Assembly (NCBI GenBank): GCA_024181965.1
Contig: BQXS01009711.1
Coordinates: 1-32,121, forward strand
DNA length: 32,121 nt
Source: Aduncisulcus paluster
Lineage: Eukaryota
Direction of reading: 5' to 3'
Shown here: positions 22,043 to 31,124 of the stretch, one piece after another
How positions within the stretch are numbered: the first letter of the stretch is position 1
Layout of the letters: each line of letters starts with the position of its first letter
Notes under the pieces: generated by a model
Databases searched by the model: none
What the model was told of the DNA's origin: nothing
What the model saw: the letters and a program-made list of their open reading frames with translations, nothing else
Translations under genes and position numbers: made by a program

Positions 22043-22292
22043 ATAAATATAAAACTTTACAAAAGAACGTTTTTTAATAGGGAAATGGGATAATAAAAAT
22101 TTTATGAAAATAAGAAAGAGGTCGAAACCAAGCCAAAAATGAAAAAAATTCTCAAAAAAAAGAAGGGGAGATCTCAGCAGCAAAAATAGAAGTAAATAAA
22201 ATCCTTCTCATAATTTTATAATTCAAATATATTCAAGAACTGATTTTATGTTGCTAATTATTCCTCAGAGCCAAAATAGGGCGTTCAAAATC

Positions 22293-23030
22293 AAAATTAA
22301 AATTTATCGAAAAAATAATTTTGAAATTAATCCTGACAATATTACACCTTAATGCAAGTGATATTATGAAATACATTGGAGAACGATGAGTAATTAAGTA
22401 AGTAGGAGTTTTGGTCGATTTCAAAACTTTTCACACTGTAATGGCTGTTGGTGGCTCATGCACCAACGAAAAAGAAGAAGAAGAAGGAAATGACGATGGT
22501 TTTAAGGGTAAAGATCAACCAATTCCGAAAGAAACACCTATTGATCCTTCTCACGCCTTACACTTAGAATCACAAGATTCTTCAAGGTCTCCGGATGTCG
22601 AAATGAAGCAAAAATCAAAAATTAGTCATAGAATTACTCGTCTATTTGCGACAGCTCGTGTAAAATTAAAATTTATCGAAAAAATAATTTTGAAATTAAT
22701 CCTGACAATATTACACCTTAATGCAAGTGATATTATGAAATACATTGGAGAACGATGAGTAATTAAGTAAGTAGGAGTTTTGGTCGATTTCAAAACTTTT
22801 CACACTGTAATGGCTGTTGGTGGCTCATGCACCAACGAAAAAGAAGAAGAAGAAGGAAATGACGATGGTTTTAAGGGTAAAGATCAACCAATTCCGAAAG
22901 AAACACCTATTGATCCTTCTCACGCCTTACACTTAGAATCACAAGATTCTTCAAGGTCTCCGGATGTCGAAATGAAGCAAAAATCAAAAATTAGTCATAG
23001 AATTACTCGTCTATTTGCGACAGCTCGTGT
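22293..23030. repeat. Exact 369-bp tandem duplication (22293-22661 = 22662-23030) of the kinase upstream region and 5' CDS
   Basis: Identical units at offset 369 with AAAAT microhomology at the junction and no N gap. Confidence 0.9.
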
Positions 23031-25704
23031 AAAATCTAAAGATTTGAAATCTTGCGAATATAATGTTGTTCCTGTGTTTAAAGACGATAATACCCAGTTC
23101 ATTATTAATTCAAAATATATAGCAAAGGGTTCATATGCAAAAGTATTCTTGGGTGTGGATTTAAGCACTGGTTGTATATGTGCGGCTAAAAGAATCAAAA
23201 ATATTCCTGATCACACATTTTCTTTGAGCGAACCCACATCTTTTTTACGCGTTTTGAGGGAAGCTGATGCTTTAAGGATTGTGCATTCTGTTGAAACCAA
23301 TGACACAATCGTCAAGTTCATTGAAAAGGCCACTTTTGGCCGTTCTTCATATATTTTTATGGAGTTTGTTCATGGAGAACCTCTTAGTAAGCTTATTAAT
23401 AGACATAGCCAGGGAGGAATCAAGAACAAAGCTTTTTTAATCTTACTTTTCCAGGAGATATTAGAAGCTGTCGCTCATTGTCACCGATATGGCGTTGCAC
23501 ATTGCGATATAAAACCCGACAACTTCTTAATTGTGGGACCTAATGGATTATCTTTGAAGTTGGTTGATTTTGGGCAGGCCCATATCAATATTACCAGGGC
23601 TGCAGACGCTGGTGTTCCATCTGACCTTCTTAGAAGTATTGCAGACCATGAAAAGGTACTTATGGGCAATGGAGCTATCGCATATCTCCCCCCTGAACTC
23701 CTTGGTGGTATCTCTGAAAGTGTTTTTAAGGTTGGAAGCATGCACAGCGTTGCCGACTGCCTCAACAATCGTGGAGCAATGGCCAAAGTGGACGAGGCAG
23801 ATGCCGAACGTGAGGAATGTGTTGGTGAGGGTGAGGATATGTCCTCATCGACATTTTCTTCCTCCTCTTCTTCCATCAAGTCTGGCCAATCTCCCAACTT
23901 CTTTGCTGCCGATTGTTGGAGCATAGGTCTTATATTTTATAGCCTTATTGTTGGACATTTCCCATTCGAAGGGATTGATATTTATGAAATAATTCAACAA
24001 ATCCAGAATGATGAAATTGTTCTCCCTCCAACACATTTTACAACACCTGAAGAACGAGAACTTGTGCTTGGATTGCTTGACAAGAATCCAGAGACTCGAT
24101 TGACCATTGAAGAAGCATTAGCATTACCTTTCTTCTCAAGCCTCAGACTCAAACGATTCTTGGAACCGGATTCCATGCTCAAATTTCGTCGACTTACTGG
24201 CCTCCATGGGTGCAAAAGTTTGTACATTCATCGAGGAATACATGACCGATTTGCCTCAAACCTCCGTGCAGCTGCTGATAAAATGGTTTCCAAGAGTTTG
24301 ACACGGCTTAAACCCCGTCGTGATGCCCGTGAGATGTCAAGAAGGCCCAGTATGATTATACATGCTTCCCATCTCATTCACCAGCTTGAGAGACACTCTT
24401 CATGTACTGATATTCTTCATGATCATGTCCCTGATGTTTGTAGCAATGATGTTGTCGATGTAATTCGTCAGGAAGAGCTTCCTTGTTATCCCGAAACACG
24501 ATCGGAAACAGACCTCCCATCTCAAGAAAAAAGCACCACTATTACCATTGAAATTAAGGCTCAAGAGAGTAAGGATGATTCCGATCGTTCTACGTCGTTG
24601 ATTTTTCTCCAATCTGATCCTTCTTCTGCCACAGAGAACAAATGTTCAATCATGATACCTGCAGATAATGCTATTTCAGAGATCGCTGACCGTCTTGAAG
24701 ACACTGAACATGAGAAACATTCATCATATAATGACGTTTTCTTGAGAGATGATGGTGAATCTTCGTCCTCTTCTATTCACACATGTATTAGCAATACCAC
24801 AATTATGGAAACATCAAGCCCTCCCCTGACCCCCTCTCAATCTCCACACATCCATGGAGGACAGTACTTTACTCCAATTATTAAACAACATCAGTCAAAA
24901 CCTTCCCTTGATCTCCATGAAAAGGGTCTTAACAGTTTGTTCTCCACACCTGTCGTATCCAATGCCGATTTCTTTGTCACTGACGACGACTCTTCATCTT
25001 CTTCCTTCTTTGAAGAGCTCAAGCAACGTCCTGAACCTACCACGAGGTCTCCATCGCATTCTCATCACTCTCTTGACTACGATAGTCAGTCCCCCCCGAA
25101 GAATCCGACTGGAGGAAAGCATTTAGAGTATCAAGGCAGCAAGGAGGAATCAGAATTTGTTGTTNNNNNNNNNNNNNNNNNNNNTATTAAACAACATCAG
25201 TCAAAACCTTCCCTTGATCTCCATGAAAAGGGTCTTAACAGTTTGTTCTCCACACCTGTCGTATCCAATGCCGATTTCTTTGTCACTGACGACGACTCTT
25301 CATCTTCTTCCTTCTTTGAAGAGCTCAAGCAACGTCCTGAACCTACCACGAGGTCTCCATCGCATTCTCATCACTCTCTTGACTACGATAGTCAGTCCCC
25401 CCCGAAGAATCCGACTGGAGGAAAGCATTTAGAGTATCAAGGCAGCAAGGAGGAATCAGAATTTGTTGTTGACACACCTGAATATCATCATAGCGATGGA
25501 TTTGGGGAGGAATCATGGAGACATCAGACAGATATCTTCTGTGATGAGCCATATTCCTCATCTCATTTCCACCAAACTTCCCCCGAGTTCGTTCGGCCAA
25601 GACGATCTTCCTCAATATCTGTCCAACCACGTCAGGTGGCATTTGATGATTATAAGAATATTTATCTGGATGAGGAGGAGGAAGATTCAGAAGATTTCAT
25701 TTAA
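22810..25704 (+). CDS. Ser/Thr protein kinase (CAMK-like fold, non-RD) with long disordered C-terminal tail; the tail contains an artefactual duplication and gap
   Basis: IAKGSYAKV, CAAK, helix-C REA, HCDIKPDN, DFG, YLPPE, DCWSIG, NPETRLT; ATG at 22810 (its duplicate is at 22441). Confidence 0.9.
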   Translation: MAVGGSCTNEKEEEEGNDDGFKGKDQPIPKETPIDPSHALHLESQDSSRSPDVEMKQKSKISHRITRLFATARVKSKDLKSCEYNVVPVFKDDNTQFIINSKYIAKGSYAKVFLGVDLSTGCICAAKRIKNIPDHTFSLSEPTSFLRVLREADALRIVHSVETNDTIVKFIEKATFGRSSYIFMEFVHGEPLSKLINRHSQGGIKNKAFLILLFQEILEAVAHCHRYGVAHCDIKPDNFLIVGPNGLSLKLVDFGQAHINITRAADAGVPSDLLRSIADHEKVLMGNGAIAYLPPELLGGISESVFKVGSMHSVADCLNNRGAMAKVDEADAEREECVGEGEDMSSSTFSSSSSSIKSGQSPNFFAADCWSIGLIFYSLIVGHFPFEGIDIYEIIQQIQNDEIVLPPTHFTTPEERELVLGLLDKNPETRLTIEEALALPFFSSLRLKRFLEPDSMLKFRRLTGLHGCKSLYIHRGIHDRFASNLRAAADKMVSKSLTRLKPRRDAREMSRRPSMIIHASHLIHQLERHSSCTDILHDHVPDVCSNDVVDVIRQEELPCYPETRSETDLPSQEKSTTITIEIKAQESKDDSDRSTSLIFLQSDPSSATENKCSIMIPADNAISEIADRLEDTEHEKHSSYNDVFLRDDGESSSSSIHTCISNTTIMETSSPPLTPSQSPHIHGGQYFTPIIKQHQSKPSLDLHEKGLNSLFSTPVVSNADFFVTDDDSSSSSFFEELKQRPEPTTRSPSHSHHSLDYDSQSPPKNPTGGKHLEYQGSKEESEFVVXXXXXXXIKQHQSKPSLDLHEKGLNSLFSTPVVSNADFFVTDDDSSSSSFFEELKQRPEPTTRSPSHSHHSLDYDSQSPPKNPTGGKHLEYQGSKEESEFVVDTPEYHHSDGFGEESWRHQTDIFCDEPYSSSHFHQTSPEFVRPRRSSSISVQPRQVAFDDYKNIYLDEEEEDSEDFI
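24879..25470. repeat. Exact 286-bp duplication (24879-25164 = 25185-25470) flanking a 20-N gap; likely scaffolding artefact
   Basis: Identical sequence on both sides of the N run at 25165-25184, offset 306. Confidence 0.9.
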
Positions 25705-26347
25705 CTATCCCTCCTTTATCTAATTTTTTTGTGTGTTCCAATAAGAAATATCATTATTCTTTGACGATTTTGAAACAATTTACTATATCAATGAATGAGG
25801 CGTATTATTAAATTATTTTATCTACACAACTATTTTCACGTCATTTCATTGAATATAATTGTCATTTTAAAATTTTAAGAGTTATTTTTTCCATTTTTTT
25901 TTTTTAAGCATTCTTAACCGAAAAGCCAATTTGTGGGACAGGTGAATTCAACACCATAAAAGGAGTTAAAGTGTTGAATCTTATCGCATTGTTTTATCAT
26001 AAATCCATGTAGTTGGCCACTATTCAAATAAATCAATTCATATAACCTTTTTCATGAGTTAATACTGCTCTATATAGGATCATTAATAATATGTAATAAA
26101 GAAAATACAAAATATTCTCCTTGATTCAACGGTTGAATTTTGGTGAAGTAGATAAAAATATAAATTCCAATCATGGTGCAATTGATACACTACTCAACGC
26201 CAGATAACATTAAATTTCATTAAAATAACACAACATTTTCAAATAAAAAAGAATTATATTTGTCAATCTGTTAACGCACCCAAACCATAATGATTTCTCG
26301 GACGACTCGTCAAAGCAGAGTTTGCCGTCATATAAATAAAGAAAAAG

Positions 26348-26407
26348 GACTCGTAAAATCATTCGGAATGATTTTGCTTTTCCGTTTCCGAAACGAAAAT
26401 ACGAGTC
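26348..26407. other. T-shaped (three-way junction) inverted-repeat element
   Basis: GACTCGT/ACGAGTC closing stem encloses AAAATCATT-CGG-AATGATTTT and TTTTCCGTTT-CCG-AAACGAAAA hairpins. Confidence 0.55.
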
Positions 26408-26500
26408 GTATTGCTATTAAACCTCAGGTTGAGCTTCAAAATGATAGAAAAAAGCAAGAAAACGACCAACGTATTAATTTATTACAAATATTCCAAAAAC

Positions 26501-28699
26501 TTACAAATGCTTATCCTCCCTCAGTCTCTGCCTAATTTCTTCAATTTCCTTCCTCAAAGTCTCCGTATCGGCCATTGAATTTTTTGCATCGGAGTGGAGA
26601 TCAGACAAAGCAAAAGAAGCACCAACACCAGTGCTGCCAAGTTCAACAGGACCTTGCATTGACTCGGCATTGACTCGAGATACACGAGATGGGGATCCAT
26701 GTGGGGAATATTGCTGACGTATTTTTGGGTGTCCATTCTCAACAGTGATAGCAATCCGTTTTCCCTTTTCACCACTGTAAAGGGGATTTCCAGTGAAATC
26801 AGATCTATCCAACAAAGAGGACTCATGCAATGTACCATCAACTGGAGGTTCATCTGCACCTTGTCCATCGTAGGGAGCATAGCCATCATAATCGACATCA
26901 TCATCAAAGTCATTGGGATCTTGGAAATCACGAGAGGGATCGACTCTCTGACGGAAAGCTGAACCATCAACCTCCTCTTCCTCCCCTTCTTCCTCCTCTC
27001 TCTGCTCTTCTTCTTCCTCTTCTTCTTCTACTTCCTCATCACGTTCCTCGCCGTCTTCTTCCTCTTCAGTACCATATTGTTCATAATACAACTCAGCACG
27101 TTCTTCTTCTTCTCTTTGTTGTTGAGCAATACGACTCTCACGAACTTCCCTCAGAGATTGCTCAAGGAGACGACGCTCAACTTGACGGGACCGTTTAACA
27201 GCCTCAGCTTCATCCTCAACGACACGGAGTCGGGACTTAAGAAGCTCAACTTGTTCTGAGAAGGGAAGATGCTCAAATTGAAGGGAATCGGGAACATCAA
27301 GATCAAGAGGCCTTTTAAATGTGGAATCAGTGGCGGCATGTTTGTCGGAATTGACAGGTTTGGCAGAGATACTCTGAGAAATCACAGAGGGCAAGGTTGC
27401 AGTTTTCCTCTTCGGAGATGTATGTTCGTCACGGTTGAAAATATGAGTCTCGTTAAAGGATTGAACAGAGGCCCGAAGGTCAACTTTCCCATTTCCACCA
27501 AACTCATCGATAACACCAGAATGATCAACATCGGTCCCAGTTAGAGCTTCAACAGCTTCGCGTTCATCAATCTGAATTTCTTTACCATCTTTTTCCCGAA
27601 CAATAGCAATGGCATTGCATAGGCTCTTGATTTCATCCCCATAAGAAGCAATCATTTTTTTCTGTTCAGCGGAGAGTCGTTCGAGTTCTTCAATACGAGC
27701 TTTCATTGCAGAGTTCGTTCCACGTAAACTGTCAGCCTCAGCTTCAGCGATATCTTGGAGTTCGGAAGCCTTGTGGGCCAGATCTTCAGCAGAAACTAAG
27801 GAATCTTTCGTTTCAGAGAGAGTGGTGGAAACATCACGATATTTAGCCTTCAATTCCTCCAATTCTTTTGTTAAAGCCAGATTTGACTCCGATAATTTTG
27901 CATTTTCTTGCTCGAAATCTGTACAGACTTGGGATATTGACGATACCTTGTCAGAAAGCTCCTTAACCTTTTTCGTCTTATCTACTACTTCTGACGAAAG
28001 TTTTTCTTCAGATTGGAGCAACTTAGAATTTGAACTTTTCAAAGTCTCAATGGTCTCAGCAAATACTAGTTTTTCTTGTTCAAAATCAGTCATTTTTTGC
28101 GAAACCCACTGTAATTCATCAAACTTATCCTGTAATTCAGTCAAAGATGTCAATAATTCTTGCTGTATAGAATAGAGCTGCTCATTTTCAGCCGATAATT
28201 CCTTGGCATCTTTAAGTCCTTTAGAAACCTCTTGTTTGAGAGTTTCTTCGCTTGAACTCGCTGCTTGGAGCAATTTTTTCTGATTTTCAATTTCCACGTA
28301 AAGATCTGTCCGTTTCTTTTCTTCTTCCTTGATGGTCTCTTCAGCCTCATCAAGAGCTTCTTGACTCCGCTGTTCAAGTAAATTGTAACTCTCTTTCAAC
28401 TCAGATACCTCTTCTGTCAAATCTTCAATCTTTTGGGCTTGATCAGCAATGGTTTCTCTACATTTTTCGTTCTCCTGCTCAAGATCAGTTAAATCATACA
28501 AAAATTCACCTCCACGAACATCCAATCCGAAATTTTCAGCCCTTTTATCAAGAGATCTTTTTAAAATATCGATATAATGATCCTTTTCATCAATTGTAGT
28601 CTTGGTCTCAGATAACTCAATGGACAAACGCTCTAATTTCTGTTTTTGTAATTCCAATTGTTTAGTCAATGAAATAATTGTTCTTTTTGGGTTTTCCAT
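26501..28699 (-). CDS. Long coiled-coil protein with acidic tract, function unknown
   Basis: Likely start MENPK at 28699; extended heptad-rich E/K/L/Q composition, a poly-Glu block and a short C-terminal coiled coil. Confidence 0.8.
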   Translation of the reverse strand: MENPKRTIISLTKQLELQKQKLERLSIELSETKTTIDEKDHYIDILKRSLDKRAENFGLDVRGGEFLYDLTDLEQENEKCRETIADQAQKIEDLTEEVSELKESYNLLEQRSQEALDEAEETIKEEEKKRTDLYVEIENQKKLLQAASSSEETLKQEVSKGLKDAKELSAENEQLYSIQQELLTSLTELQDKFDELQWVSQKMTDFEQEKLVFAETIETLKSSNSKLLQSEEKLSSEVVDKTKKVKELSDKVSSISQVCTDFEQENAKLSESNLALTKELEELKAKYRDVSTTLSETKDSLVSAEDLAHKASELQDIAEAEADSLRGTNSAMKARIEELERLSAEQKKMIASYGDEIKSLCNAIAIVREKDGKEIQIDEREAVEALTGTDVDHSGVIDEFGGNGKVDLRASVQSFNETHIFNRDEHTSPKRKTATLPSVISQSISAKPVNSDKHAATDSTFKRPLDLDVPDSLQFEHLPFSEQVELLKSRLRVVEDEAEAVKRSRQVERRLLEQSLREVRESRIAQQQREEEERAELYYEQYGTEEEEDGEERDEEVEEEEEEEEQREEEEGEEEEVDGSAFRQRVDPSRDFQDPNDFDDDVDYDGYAPYDGQGADEPPVDGTLHESSLLDRSDFTGNPLYSGEKGKRIAITVENGHPKIRQQYSPHGSPSRVSRVNAESMQGPVELGSTGVGASFALSDLHSDAKNSMADTETLRKEIEEIRQRLREDKHL

Positions 28700-28935
28700 T
28701 TTGATAAGTGAAACAAATTCAACGTGAATTTTTTTCCAGATACAGTCAAAATTTCGAGTATCGAAATGCAATAATTGATTTGATGTTACAAATAAAAAAA
28801 AAATTCTTTTTATTTATTGAGATTTACTCAAAAAGCGCATGACACCGAAAAGTGCCGAAAAAAAATGGATTGGGATAAATAATGTTAACATAAATATAAT
28901 TATAAAAGTTGTTACATGAAAATATGTCCAGTAAC

Positions 28936-29913
28936 CTAGTCGTCAGTGGTTGTTTCAGAATCTTTTTTTGAACAAGAAAAAGTTTTTTTGAACCACCGAG
29001 AAAATGGGCTAGGTTGCTTTTTAAGAGGTATCGATGACCCTTTGGCTTCTACATGTGGTAATGTATGTTCAGATTCCGTTTTCATTTGTTTTCGTTCAAC
29101 AACAGGAATGGTTGGACGTAAGATTTCTGTCTCTTTCCTCTCTTCCTCCTCTTCTTCTTCCTCCTCCTCTTCTTCCTCCTGCTCCTCTTCTTTTTCTTCT
29201 TCACTGTGCGACTTCTCTCTTTCTTCTTGAACAGGACTGAGGATAATAGCACTATGATAAACACTCGAGTCAGGACATGGCTGTGGAATATTCAGAACAG
29301 TGCCAGTTTTGACACTCTCAGCAGCGGGAAACTCAGATCCTTCTACTTCATCGCCCTCCAATCTCTCATATTCCACTTCTTCACTGTCTTCGCGGAGGGC
29401 AGAATACTCATCGCGATCAGAATCTTGCTCGACCGCCTCTCCTTTCTCTCCTGGTTCCTTAAGATGATCGGGAGATAAGGGTACATCTGATCGACTATCT
29501 TTAGTTTTAGCCACAAACATTGCATCAATTTCGTCAATACATCCAAACGAAAGAGCTAAAGATTTGATGGACGCTGCAGCTTCTTCTAGTTGTTCTTCAA
29601 TGTCAGAAGCGGTTGCTTGAAACTCTTTACGTGATATTTCATTTCTTTTCTTGCGATCATGAATTAAAGAAACGAGAACAGCAGCTTTTTCTTCAGAAAG
29701 TACGGAAGAAGAACTAATGATAGAATCACGGAGGGAGGAATCCTGAAATTGGGATTGATTGCTTTAGAAAGATAGAAAAAATGAAAGAAAAATTGAAAAT
29801 AAGGAACAAGCATATTCCAGAGAATAAGGAGAAAATAAATCTGTAACTGGGGAGATAACATACTCAAAAGGTTTTAAACCTGAGAAAGATGAAGATATTA
29901 ATTTTGTATTCAT
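28936..29913 (-). CDS. Uncharacterised acidic protein (about 291 aa); exons 29913-29864 and 29761-28936
   Basis: The frame of the 194-aa ORF stays open upstream to about 29761. A 102-nt GTATG...AAG intron joins it in frame to ATG 29913 (MNTKLISSSFSGLKPFD-NQSQFQDSS...). The acceptor is less certain. Confidence 0.6.
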
Positions 29914-30155
29914 ATTTTAGGCTTCTTTCTTCCCATAATCGTTGCCAAAACCTTGGTTCTGAAAATGTGATTTTGCCAAAACCCAGTGGGTCGGAAATTT
30001 TTATTTTACGAATGAGATCAATATTTCTTTTTCAAACCAGTGGTTATAAGAAATAAAATACAGATAGAAAAAAACCATGTTGTTCAAAAGATACTCCGAG
30101 TCGGAGTACTGGATATTATCGCCTGCTGTCGATGAAAAAATGCTTAAATTACAAC

Positions 30156-30171
30156 GGTGTTAATAAACACC
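30156..30171 (-). promoter_or_regulatory. Histone 3'-UTR stem-loop-like element
   Basis: Minus strand GGTGTT-TATT-AACACC: 6-bp stem, 4-nt loop, GG/CC base, U-A top pair, U at loop positions 1 and 3; 58 nt after the H2A stop. Confidence 0.6.
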
Positions 30172-30229
30172 ACTTGAAAAATATTAAATCAAATGGTTTT
30201 GATAATAAAGTATAGTTAAGCTAAGGAGC

Positions 30230-30655
30230 TTAGAGTTCTTGGCTCATGCCCTTACCCTTTCCTTTACCCTTACCCTTACCTTTTCCCTTACCTTTTCCTT
30301 TACCCTTTCCTCCCTTAGTAGCGGGACGGAGCTGAGGGTGGATGTATGGGAGAACACCACCACCAGGGATGATGATATCATCAAAGAGCTTACCCAACTC
30401 AGGATCGTTCTTAAGAGCGAGCATGATGTGTCTGGGGACAATACGCTGTCTGGTGTGTTGCTTGGCACAACGACCAGCAAGCTCGAGAACTTCAGCAACA
30501 ACGTACTCAAGAACAGAGGCAAGGAAAACGGGAGCACCAGCACCAATACGGTCGGCATAACGTCCATCCTTCAAGAAACGGTGGATACGACCAACAGGGA
30601 ACTGAAGACCAGCACGGGCAGAACGGGATTTAGGAGCAGATTTTGAAACAGCCAT
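30230..30655 (-). CDS. H2AX: Histone H2A, H2A.X-like (C-terminal SQEL) with (KG)10 tail
   Basis: [60 protein letters not shown]; terminal SQ-E-hydrophobic motif. Confidence 0.95.
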   Translation of the reverse strand: MAVSKSAPKSRSARAGLQFPVGRIHRFLKDGRYADRIGAGAPVFLASVLEYVVAEVLELAGRCAKQHTRQRIVPRHIMLALKNDPELGKLFDDIIIPGGGVLPYIHPQLRPATKGGKGKGKGKGKGKGKGKGKGKGMSQEL

Positions 30656-31124
30656 AGAGAAACTTTGTCAAGAGAGTTTTATCTAAAAAGAAAATGATTG
30701 GAGCACAATCAACCAGTCAGAATTTATTTTGATAATAGCGACTTTATTTATTCGATATAATTTTTAAAATTACTGATATAAATAATTCATAGAATAATAA
30801 AATAAAATTTGAATATTTCAAATAAAATATAAATAAAATAAAATATTTTTACAAAGTAAATTTCATTTTTACTTTAGTAACATTTTTTTCGACATGATCA
30901 CGAATTTTGTCGAATAATTAGACTCTAATTTTATGTTGAATTAATGGATATCAAAAATATTAATCAAATATTTCAAAAAACATAGTGATTAACTTATATT
31001 TCATAATAAATCCATCTTGTAGTACAGATAAGGACAAGGGAAAGAGAATCTGTTTTATTTCGCACCAAGATGAAAATAATGATTTAGACTACAAAAGAAG
31101 GATAAAATAAAATCAATGAACCGA

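Noticed and set aside
24879..25470. Apparent 95-aa internal repeat in the kinase tail
   Set aside because: Exact copy across a 20-N gap, so most likely a scaffolding artefact; the real protein is probably about 100 aa shorter.
30248..30307. Telomere-like CCCTTA/TAAGGG repeats
   Set aside because: Fully explained by the Lys-Gly codons of the H2A tail; the repeat is irregular and in frame.
30239..30646. Long overlapping antisense and alternate-frame ORFs on H2A (and similar ones on other genes)
   Set aside because: Expected shadows of biased codon usage; the translations are low-complexity with no recognisable motifs.
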